Assembly: GCA_051251915.1 (NCBI GenBank)
Contig: JBPOGF010000005.1
Span: 96,001 to 160,000 of the forward strand
DNA length: 64,000 nt
Origin: Akkermansiaceae bacterium
GTDB lineage: Bacteria; Verrucomicrobiota; Verrucomicrobiia; Verrucomicrobiales; Akkermansiaceae
Reading direction: 5' to 3'
Shown here: positions 56,643 through 64,000 of the stretch, one piece after another
Position numbering within the stretch: the first letter of the stretch is position 1
Layout of the letters: each line of letters begins with the position of its first letter
Program-made: the position numbers and the translations under genes
The notes under the pieces: generated by a model
Told to the model about the DNA's origin: nothing
The model's database searches: none
What the model saw: only the letters and a program-made list of their open reading frames with translations

Positions 56643-57995
56643 ATGAATAATCAATTGTTTGGAACGGATGGGATCCGTGGCAAAGCTAACGAATGGCCAA
56701 TCACCCCTGAAGTGGCTATGAGAATAGGCAGAGCGGTGGCACGTGTTCTTTGTTCTGAGGATGGTGGTTCACTTAAAGTAGTGATTGGGAAAGACACTCG
56801 TCTTTCAGGATATATGCTAGAAAACGCACTGACTGCGGGACTTGTTTCTGAGGGTGCTAGGGTGCTTCTTACTGGGCCAGTGCCGACACCAGCGGTGGCG
56901 CATTTGACGAAGACAATGGGTTGCGATGCGGGGATTATGCTGACGGCTTCACATAATCCATTTGAGGATAATGGGATTAAGATTTTTGGAAGTAATGGGT
57001 ATAAGCTCACGGACGAGTTGGAGAGTGAAATCGAGAAGATTATTCTAAGTGAAAACTTGTCTGATCCTGATCCGAGTGGAGGCTTAGGAAAGGCGTACCG
57101 TATCGATGATGCGGTGGGAAGATACATTGAGTTTGCTAAGAATGCAGTCGGAGCTTATTCGTTAAAGGGTTTTAAGGTGGTGCTAGACTGTGCACACGGG
57201 GCATCCTATTTCGTAGGGCCGCTCATTTTTGATGAGCTTGGTGCTGAGGTGATTAAAATAGGGGTGAACCCGAATGGACGAAACATCAATGAAGGCTATG
57301 GGGCACTGCACCCTAAGAAGGCGGCGGCTTTAGTGGCGGAGCACCAGGCTGATATAGGGATTTGTTTTGATGGGGATGCTGACAGGGTGATTTTTGTCGA
57401 TGAGAATGGGGAAGTGATTTCAGGTGATCGCGTTCTTTGTCTTTGTGCTAAGGCTCTGAAGGAAGAGGGCAAGTTGAAGGATGATTGTCTTGTAGCTACG
57501 GTGATGAGTAATCTGGGACTTAGAGATGCACTGGAAGAGGACGGTATTAAACTAGAGGTTACAGGTGTGGGTGACCGATTAGTCATCGAGAGTATGCGTG
57601 AGAATGGTTATTCGCTTGGTGGTGAGAACTCTGGACACATTATTTTCTCTGATAATTCGACTACTGGAGATGGTATCATGAGTGCGCTTAAGGTGCTGGC
57701 GATCATGAAGCGGACAGGTAAGAAATTATCCGAACTTGCAGCCTGCATGGAAGAATATCCGGCAGAGTTACATGGCATCTTAGTGAAGGAAAAGCCACCG
57801 ATCCATGAGACTCCTCAGTTGCGTGATGCCATTGCGGATGCTGAGAAAGCGATGGGTAATGAAGGTAGAGTGCTGGTGAGATACAGTGGAACAGAAAATA
57901 AAATCCGCGTGTTGGTGGAAGCTAAATCAGCTGATGCGGCCAAGCTGCATACTAAGAATATCTGTGATGCTGTGCATGCTACGATAGGGTGTTAA
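56643..57995 (+). CDS. glmM: Phosphoglucosamine mutase
   Basis: FGTDGIRG, GKDTRLSGYMLE, ASHNP..DNGIK, FDGDADR, GGENSGH, RYSGTE. Confidence 0.95.
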   Translation: MNNQLFGTDGIRGKANEWPITPEVAMRIGRAVARVLCSEDGGSLKVVIGKDTRLSGYMLENALTAGLVSEGARVLLTGPVPTPAVAHLTKTMGCDAGIMLTASHNPFEDNGIKIFGSNGYKLTDELESEIEKIILSENLSDPDPSGGLGKAYRIDDAVGRYIEFAKNAVGAYSLKGFKVVLDCAHGASYFVGPLIFDELGAEVIKIGVNPNGRNINEGYGALHPKKAAALVAEHQADIGICFDGDADRVIFVDENGEVISGDRVLCLCAKALKEEGKLKDDCLVATVMSNLGLRDALEEDGIKLEVTGVGDRLVIESMRENGYSLGGENSGHIIFSDNSTTGDGIMSALKVLAIMKRTGKKLSELAACMEEYPAELHGILVKEKPPIHETPQLRDAIADAEKAMGNEGRVLVRYSGTENKIRVLVEAKSADAAKLHTKNICDAVHATIGC

Positions 57996-58014
57996 AAAAC
58001 TTACCTCTAGAAAA

Positions 58015-58869
58015 ATGAATTTGTTAGAGCCTCTTAGGAAAGGGAATTTATGGCCACTTTATGATGGTGATGTGTCAGGTGATCAGCTTATTGCGGATAA
58101 AACTTTGGCTCAATTGCAACAAGAGTTGGCTCCTGATGGGGGCTCGCTTTATGCAAATGCTTGGGTAGATCCTGCTGACTGGAGGGCCCTAACAGAGGAT
58201 GAATCTGCTGGGATGCTGGTCACTGAGGAGGGTGATGTTTTAGGTTTTATTGAAGGGAGAGGAGAAGGGAAAATGACAGCAAGTCCGCGGTCTAGGCTCA
58301 TTCTTCATCCGTGGGATCTTATTTATGTGAATGAGCAGGTGGTGGGAACTCTTACAGAATCTAGTAGTCAAGGCGAAGTTAGCCCCGCAGCTCATGTAGA
58401 AGGATTCCTGCAGGTGGGTGAGGGGACGAGGGTTCTGCCTGGAGTGTTTATCGAGGGTAATGTGGTCATTGGTAAGAACTGCAAAGTAGGGCCTAATTGC
58501 TATATTCGTGGGAATACAACTATTGGCGATAATTGTCATGTCGGTCAAGCTGTGGAGGTGAAGAATTCTTTGATAGGTCATGGTTCATCCGTGGGGCACC
58601 TCAGCTATGTGGGAGATAGTGTGATAGGGAATAAGGTGAATTTTGGTGCGGCAACTGTGACATCAAACCTCCGTCATGATGGCAAGAACCATCATTCGAT
58701 GAGTGGAGGAAAGCTAGTGGATAGCGGGAGAAGGAAATTTGGCACTATCGTAGGTGATGGTGTGCATACTGGTATTCATACAGCGATTTATCCGGGCCGA
58801 AAACTTGGGCCTGGAACTTCAACTAGGCCAAATGCCGACGTATCAAAAGATCTCATAAAACTAACTTAA
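58015..58869 (+). CDS. Left-handed beta-helix acetyltransferase resembling the C-terminal half of archaeal-type GlmU
   Basis: HPWDL, hexapeptide repeats, GPNCYIRG, VEVKNS, HLSYVGDSVIG, NFGAATVTSNLRHD, GRRKFG; no nucleotidyltransferase motif. Confidence 0.75.
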   Translation: MNLLEPLRKGNLWPLYDGDVSGDQLIADKTLAQLQQELAPDGGSLYANAWVDPADWRALTEDESAGMLVTEEGDVLGFIEGRGEGKMTASPRSRLILHPWDLIYVNEQVVGTLTESSSQGEVSPAAHVEGFLQVGEGTRVLPGVFIEGNVVIGKNCKVGPNCYIRGNTTIGDNCHVGQAVEVKNSLIGHGSSVGHLSYVGDSVIGNKVNFGAATVTSNLRHDGKNHHSMSGGKLVDSGRRKFGTIVGDGVHTGIHTAIYPGRKLGPGTSTRPNADVSKDLIKLT

Positions 58870-58900
58870 AAATCTAACAATCTAACAATTTTAAATAACC

Positions 58901-60754
58901 ATGTGTGGTATAATAGCATATTCAGGAAACAGATTAGCAACGCCCATCTTACTTAACGGGCTAAGAAAACTCGAATACCGTGGCTATGACTCTGCGGGAA
59001 TTGCGATTCATAGTGACAATACGATTCATATCTACAAGCAAGAAGGTAAGGTGGAAAACCTTGTGAAGAGCTTAGGAGATTATGAGGCAGATGAAACGCA
59101 TCAGCAAGGTCATCTGGGGATAGCTCATACCCGCTGGGCGACTCATGGGCCACCAACTACGGCTAATGCACATCCTCATGGAGCGGGGGAGAGTGCTAAT
59201 GATCATCGTATAGCATTGGTGCATAATGGGATTATTGAAAACTACCGTGGGCTTAAATCCAGATTAGAGGCAGAGGGTAGAGTCTTTCATTCTGATACAG
59301 ATAGTGAGGCGCTTTCACACTTGATTGATTCCTACTATGACGGTGATCTCGCTAAGGCTGTAAGCGCAGCGCTTAAGGAGGTGGAAGGAACGTTCGGCAT
59401 CGCTTGTTTAGCGAAAGCTGAGCCTGATAAGATGGTGGTAGCGCGTCGAGGTTCGCCAATCGTGATTGGGCTAGGCGATGATGAGACGATTGTGGCATCT
59501 GATGCATCTGCAATCATTAGCCATACGCGGCAGGTGATCTATCTGGATGATAATGATGTGGCGATTATTCAGGGTGGAAAAGTGGACATCCGCACGCTCG
59601 ACGCGAGCCCAGTGGTGCGTGAGACTTCTGATATTGACTGGTCTGAGGACGCGGCTGAGAAGGGTGGATATGAGCACTATATGCTGAAGGAAATTTTCGA
59701 GCAACCTACTGCGATCCGTAATAGTATAAGAGGTAGGCTGGATCTAGATAGGGGTACTTCATTGCTAGCTGGTCTTCAGTTAGAAGCACGTGATATAGTA
59801 GATCTTCAGCGTCTTGTCATTATCGGATGCGGCACTTCTATGAATGCAGGTTTGGTAGGTGAGTATTCTGTGGAAGACTTTGCTGGGATGCTTTCAGAGG
59901 TGGAGCAAGCGGCGGAATTCCGTTACAGAAATCCTATTGTAGGTAGTAAAGATATGGTTGTAGCGATTAGTCAGTCAGGGGAGACAGCAGACACTCTTGC
60001 CGCTGTGCGTGAAGCACAGGAAAAGGGTGCGCTAGTAGCTGGACTAGTTAACGTAGTCGGCTCTACCATTGCGCGTGAGACAGGCAGAGGCATCTACTTG
60101 CATGCTGGGCCAGAGATCAGTGTGGCTTCTACTAAGGCATTCACTTGTCAGGTGTCTGTGCTGCTGATGATTGCGTTGAAATTTGCTCGGAGCCGGAGGC
60201 TTTCTCGTGAAGAGGGGATGTCGATAGCTAAAGAGATTCATCGTTTGCCTGAGTTAGTGGAGCAGGTGCTGGAGCAGAATGATAGGATTGCTGAGATAGC
60301 GGCGGATTTTGTGAAGTATGATAATATGTTTTATATTGGTAGGGGGTATTTATTCCCTGTTGCGCTTGAGGGTGCGTTGAAGATTAAGGAGATTTCATAT
60401 ATTCATGCTGAGGCTTATCATGCGGCTGAGCTTAAGCATGGGCCGATTGCGCTGTTGGAGGAGTCAATGCCAGTTGTTGCGCTATTGAACGAAGGTCCTG
60501 GTAAGGAGAAGACACTTGGAAACGTGGAAGAATGCCGCGCTAGGAAGTCTCCTGTTTTAGGTGTGATTACTGAGGGTGATGAGGATGCGAAGGCGAACTG
60601 TGATTGGTATATTGAGGTGCCGGCGAGTCCGCATTATACGGCTACGGTTACGAGTACGGTGGCGTTGCAGTTGTTCTCTTATCATGTGGCTCGCCTGAGA
60701 GGGTGCCCTATTGATCAGCCTAGGAATTTGGCGAAGAGTGTGACTGTGGAGTAG
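58901..60754 (+). CDS. glmS: Glutamine-fructose-6-phosphate aminotransferase
   Basis: MCGI, LEYRGYDSAG, HTRWATHG, SQSGETADT, VASTKAF, PRNLAKSVTVE. Confidence 0.97.
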   Translation: MCGIIAYSGNRLATPILLNGLRKLEYRGYDSAGIAIHSDNTIHIYKQEGKVENLVKSLGDYEADETHQQGHLGIAHTRWATHGPPTTANAHPHGAGESANDHRIALVHNGIIENYRGLKSRLEAEGRVFHSDTDSEALSHLIDSYYDGDLAKAVSAALKEVEGTFGIACLAKAEPDKMVVARRGSPIVIGLGDDETIVASDASAIISHTRQVIYLDDNDVAIIQGGKVDIRTLDASPVVRETSDIDWSEDAAEKGGYEHYMLKEIFEQPTAIRNSIRGRLDLDRGTSLLAGLQLEARDIVDLQRLVIIGCGTSMNAGLVGEYSVEDFAGMLSEVEQAAEFRYRNPIVGSKDMVVAISQSGETADTLAAVREAQEKGALVAGLVNVVGSTIARETGRGIYLHAGPEISVASTKAFTCQVSVLLMIALKFARSRRLSREEGMSIAKEIHRLPELVEQVLEQNDRIAEIAADFVKYDNMFYIGRGYLFPVALEGALKIKEISYIHAEAYHAAELKHGPIALLEESMPVVALLNEGPGKEKTLGNVEECRARKSPVLGVITEGDEDAKANCDWYIEVPASPHYTATVTSTVALQLFSYHVARLRGCPIDQPRNLAKSVTVE

Positions 60755-60756
60755 TT

Positions 60757-61623
60757 TTAGCTGTTTTGGTTAGCCATGCCCATGAGGGCGTAGGTTAGTT
60801 TGGCGGTGGTGTAGGGGGAGGCGTGGTCGTTTTCTATGGGGGCTAGTTCTACTATGTCTATGCCTAGGAGGTTTCTGCCTTTGGTGGCTTTTTCGCAGAT
60901 TTCTAGGGCTTGCCACCAGTTGAGGCCGCCGGGTTCTGGGGTGCCGGTGGCGGGCATGAGGGAGGCGTCTAGGCCGTCTACGTCGAAGGTGAGGTAGATG
61001 TTTTTTGGGAAATTTTCTGGGAGGATGTTTTGTGGGATTCCTTTTTGGGTGAGTTGGTGGAGTGTGCGGCCATCGATGTGGGTGATGGTGTCTGAGTGTT
61101 CTGCGCGGTAGTCTATTTCTTCTTTGCAGAGGTTGCGGATGCCTACTTGGAAGACTGGGATGCCGAGTTCGTGGATGCGGCGGATGACGCAGGCGTGGCT
61201 GTGGGGGGAGTCTTCGTAGGTGTCACGGAGGTCTGCGTGGGCGTCTATCTGGACGACTCCGAAGTCTTGTCTGATGTTGTGGAGGGCTTTGATGGGGGCG
61301 ATGGAGAGTGAGTGCTCTCCGCCGAGTGTGACGGGGATTTTTCCGGCTTGGTAGATGGGGGTGCAGGCGGCTTGTAGGCGGGTGAGGATGGTGGTGATGT
61401 CTCCTGTAGTGCAGTCGATGGGTGGGTGGGTGTGGATGCCTTGTTCGCCGGGGTAGCTGGTGCCATCGAAGGCTTCGAGTTGGTAGGATGCTTCGATGAT
61501 GGCGGCGGGGCCGTGAGCTGTGCCGCTACCGTAGGATACGGTTTGTTCTAGTGGGACGGGGAGGATGTGGAAGAGGGCGTCTGAGGGGGAGGACTGGGGG
61601 TATTCTGAGGATAGGAAATGCAT
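60757..61623 (-). CDS. speB: Agmatinase (ureohydrolase family)
   Basis: GGEHS, DAHADLRD, SHAC, TFDVDGLD...PATGTPEPGG, DIVELAP; ATG 61623 preferred. Confidence 0.9.
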   Translation of the reverse strand: MHFLSSEYPQSSPSDALFHILPVPLEQTVSYGSGTAHGPAAIIEASYQLEAFDGTSYPGEQGIHTHPPIDCTTGDITTILTRLQAACTPIYQAGKIPVTLGGEHSLSIAPIKALHNIRQDFGVVQIDAHADLRDTYEDSPHSHACVIRRIHELGIPVFQVGIRNLCKEEIDYRAEHSDTITHIDGRTLHQLTQKGIPQNILPENFPKNIYLTFDVDGLDASLMPATGTPEPGGLNWWQALEICEKATKGRNLLGIDIVELAPIENDHASPYTTAKLTYALMGMANQNS

Positions 61624-61644
61624 GGTGGTTCGGCTTTGCCTCAT

Positions 61645-61686
61645 GTCATTGGTCATTGGTCAATGGTCATTAGTCATTAGTCATTG
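61645..61686. repeat. Heptamer tandem repeat GTCATT(G/A) x6
   Basis: GTCATTG GTCATTG GTCAATG GTCATTA GTCATTA GTCATTG. Confidence 0.9.
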
Positions 61687-61895
61687 GGGCCGGGACGTTG
61701 AAACGGGTTGTTGGTTGTTGATTTGGTTGACCGCGAAATAGGCGAAATTTACGAAGGGTTGTTGGGCTTGGGTTGTTGCCTGCGGCGCTTGACCACGGAA
61801 AGGCACTGAATTTACGGAACTTGGTTGATGCGTAGAGAACTTGGGTTATGTTGTTTGGGGTGTGTGATTGGGGCTGATGAGTGGCAACTTGAATT

Positions 61896-63083
61896 TTACG
61901 AAAGTCGGTCGCGGTATGAGTCGTAGCCGAAGGTTTTGACTAGGTCTATGGTGTCGGTGGTGGGGTCGTAGTTGGCGATGGAGGGGAGGTTTACGCCGTT
62001 GAAGGTGGTGTTTTTGACGGTGGAGTAGTGTGCCATGTCGGTGAAGATGAGGCGGTCTCCGATTTTTAGGTTTTGGGGGAATGAGTAGTCTCCGATGATG
62101 TCTCCGGAGAGGCAGGTGAGGCCGCCTAGGGTGATGGTGTGGGGATGGATGTTGGGTTCTGCGGCGTCGATAATTTCTGGGCGGTAGGGCATTTCTAGGA
62201 CGTCTGGCATGTGGGCGGATGCGGATGTGTCTAGGATGGCTATTTCTTGGCCGTTGCTTTGGAAGCGGTCGAGGACGGTGGAGACGAGGTAGCCGGTGTT
62301 GAGGGCTACGGCTTCACCTGGCTCAAGGTAGACTTCGAGGTTGTAGGTCTGGCGCATGTGCTGGATGAGTTCTACGAGGAGATCTGTGTTGTAGTCTGGG
62401 CGGGTGATGTGGTGTCCGCCGCCCATGTTGAGCCATTTGATGTGGGGGAGTTTTAGGAATTTGCCGAATTTTTGTTCTACGTGTTGGAGGGTGCGCTGGA
62501 GGGTGTCTGAGCCTTGCTCGCACATGGTGTGGAAGTGGAGGCCGGAGATTCCTGTGAGGTCGGTATTTTCTAGTAGGTCTGCGGTGATGCCGAAGCGGGT
62601 GCCGGGGCGGCAGGGGTTGTAGATAGCGGTATCTACTTCTGAGTATTCAGGGTTAATTCTGAGGCCAATGGAGGGCTTGTACTCGCTATGCTCGTCCGCA
62701 GTTGCTATTAGAGGTAAGTTTTTGAATTGTTGCCATTGGGTGAGGGAGTTGAAGGAGATGTGGTGGGCTTTGTCTGCAAGGTATTCTACTTCTTCTTGGG
62801 TGTAGGCTACGCAGTAGACGTGGGTTTCACCGCGGAATTCTTGGATGCTTAGTTTGGCTTCGTTGATGGAGCTGGCGGTGGTTCCGCAGAGGGTTTTGGC
62901 TATTTGGGGGAAGGTGGAGTGGGTGGCGAAGCCTTTGAGGGCGAGGATGATTTTGCCGCCGCTCTTTTTCTGGACGTCATCAAGGATTTCTAGGTTTCTG
63001 GCTAGTAGTCCGCGGTGGAGGAGGTGTGAGGGGGTGGGTAGTTCTGGGCGGTTGCAGATCTCGGTGATGGTTGTGTTGGTCAT
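61896..63083 (-). CDS. nspC: Carboxynorspermidine/carboxyspermidine decarboxylase
   Basis: ILALKGF, GLRINPE, GLHFHTMCEQ, NMGGGHHITR, EPGEA, HMPDVLEMPY, HYSTVKNTTFNG. Confidence 0.93.
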   Translation of the reverse strand: MTNTTITEICNRPELPTPSHLLHRGLLARNLEILDDVQKKSGGKIILALKGFATHSTFPQIAKTLCGTTASSINEAKLSIQEFRGETHVYCVAYTQEEVEYLADKAHHISFNSLTQWQQFKNLPLIATADEHSEYKPSIGLRINPEYSEVDTAIYNPCRPGTRFGITADLLENTDLTGISGLHFHTMCEQGSDTLQRTLQHVEQKFGKFLKLPHIKWLNMGGGHHITRPDYNTDLLVELIQHMRQTYNLEVYLEPGEAVALNTGYLVSTVLDRFQSNGQEIAILDTSASAHMPDVLEMPYRPEIIDAAEPNIHPHTITLGGLTCLSGDIIGDYSFPQNLKIGDRLIFTDMAHYSTVKNTTFNGVNLPSIANYDPTTDTIDLVKTFGYDSYRDRLS

Positions 63084-63091
63084 AGTTTTCT

Positions 63092-63174
63092 CCGTGCTTT
63101 CAGCACGGGATGTGTTTTTTGCTGTGACCTAGGGCTGAAGCCCTAGGTTTTGGAGCCGATCTCCCTTCAGGAGA
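63092..63174. repeat. REP-like triple-hairpin element
   Basis: CCGTGCT-ttc-AGCACGG, ACCTAGGGC-tgaa-GCCCTAGGT, TCTCC-cttca-GGAGA. Confidence 0.75.
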
Positions 63175-63184
63175 GTGTGTATTT

Positions 63185-64000
63185 CTATGGATTATGTTTT
63201 TGGAGTTGGGCTAGGAATGGGGCGCCGTCTACTACTTGCCATGGGAGGCCGTGTTGGTTTAGGGCTTCCATGAATGGGTCTGGGTCGTTTTGTTCCATGT
63301 TGTTTACGCCGGGTTTTTTCCAGTGACCTTCGAGGATCATTTTGGCACCGATCATGGCTGGGACTCCGGTGGTGTAGGAGATGGCTTGGGAGTTGGTTTC
63401 TGCGAAGGCTTCTTGGTGGTCGCAGATGTTGTAGATGTATTTTTGGAGGCGTTTGCCGTCTTTGATGCCGTCGATTACGCAGCCGATGCAGGTTTTTCCT
63501 TTGGTGAGTGGTCCGAGAGATGCTGGGTCTGGGAGGACTTTTTGGAGGAATTGGAGTGGTGAAATTTCTGTGCCGTTGACGTTTATGGGCTCGATAGATG
63601 TCATGCCGACGTTTTGTAGGACGGTGAGGTGGTTGATGTAGTTTTGGGAGAAGGTCATCCAGAAGCGTATGCGTTTTAGGCCTGTGAGATTCTTGCAGAG
63701 TGATTCCATTTCTTCGTGGTAGAGGAGGTAGATGTCACGGTCGCCGACTTCTGGGTGAGGGAAGTTGAAGGACTGGTTGACTTCAAGGGGCTCGGTTTCT
63801 TTCCACTCGCCTTCTTGCCAGTAGCGGCCTTTGGCGGTGATCTCACGGATGTTGATTTCTGGGTTGAAGTTGGTGGCGAAGGGGAGGCCGTGGTCACCGG
63901 CGTTGGCATCAATGATGTCGACAGTGATGATTTCATCGAAGAAGTGTTTCTGGGCGTAGGCGCAGAATACGTTGGTTACTCCGGGGTCGAAGCCTGAGCC
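63185..64000 (-). CDS. Carboxynorspermidine synthase (saccharopine dehydrogenase family), 3' part; starts beyond the window
   Basis: Frame open from 64000: GSGFDPGVTNVF...NAGDHG.PFATNFNPEINIRE...LLYHEEMESL...SYTTGVPAMIGA; directly upstream of nspC. Confidence 0.9.
   Translation of the reverse strand, partial: GSGFDPGVTNVFCAYAQKHFFDEIITVDIIDANAGDHGLPFATNFNPEINIREITAKGRYWQEGEWKETEPLEVNQSFNFPHPEVGDRDIYLLYHEEMESLCKNLTGLKRIRFWMTFSQNYINHLTVLQNVGMTSIEPINVNGTEISPLQFLQKVLPDPASLGPLTKGKTCIGCVIDGIKDGKRLQKYIYNICDHQEAFAETNSQAISYTTGVPAMIGAKMILEGHWKKPGVNNMEQNDPDPFMEALNQHGLPWQVVDGAPFLAQLQKHNP

Noticed and set aside
58870..58900. glmS ribozyme; AATCTAAC x2 repeat
   Set aside because: The gap is only 31 nt, too short for the ribozyme, and the two-unit repeat is too weak to interpret.
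61624..61656. Longer speB start (MTNDMRQ...)
   Set aside because: The upstream ATG falls inside the heptamer repeat; MHFL at 61623 fits the family better.
1..64000. CRISPR array, rRNA, tRNA, prophage or integrase
   Set aside because: No regularly spaced repeat-spacer array, cloverleaf, rRNA signature, or phage/integrase protein seen.

Overview
This looks like an ordinary chromosomal segment of a marine-type Verrucomicrobiota bacterium, resembling Rubritalea/Akkermansiaceae. That placement is inferred from the VPEPSSTALLGLGGLALILRRRK PEP-CTERM tails and a DUF1501/PPC gene pair. It holds about 60 CDS: housekeeping genes (fur, HU, exbB/exbD/TPR, deoA, scpA, leuD, mlaF/mlaD, two pilT-type ATPases, psd, gdh, dinB, menA, uppP, glmM/glmU-like/glmS, a polyamine operon) and an accessory stretch at about 39.6-52 kb of unrelated, mostly + strand genes. 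I saw no rRNA, tRNA or CRISPR array. Main candidates for follow-up: (1) a CxxC...PPPR leader ORF, a structured 255-nt spacer and a His/Met-rich outer-membrane barrel gene, resembling the CruR/CutF metal-sensing arrest-peptide design; (2) three degenerate ~60-bp repeats upstream of accessory genes that read like IS110 transposase 5' ends on one strand and like promoters on the other; (3) a saw-tooth G+T strand skew with abrupt flips, one at a transposase remnant; (4) REP-like and heptamer repeats inside the polyamine operon; (5) a candidate sRNA with phased direct repeats; (6) a 50-aa lipoprotein missed by the ORF track. All calls come from reading motifs by eye; no searches were run.
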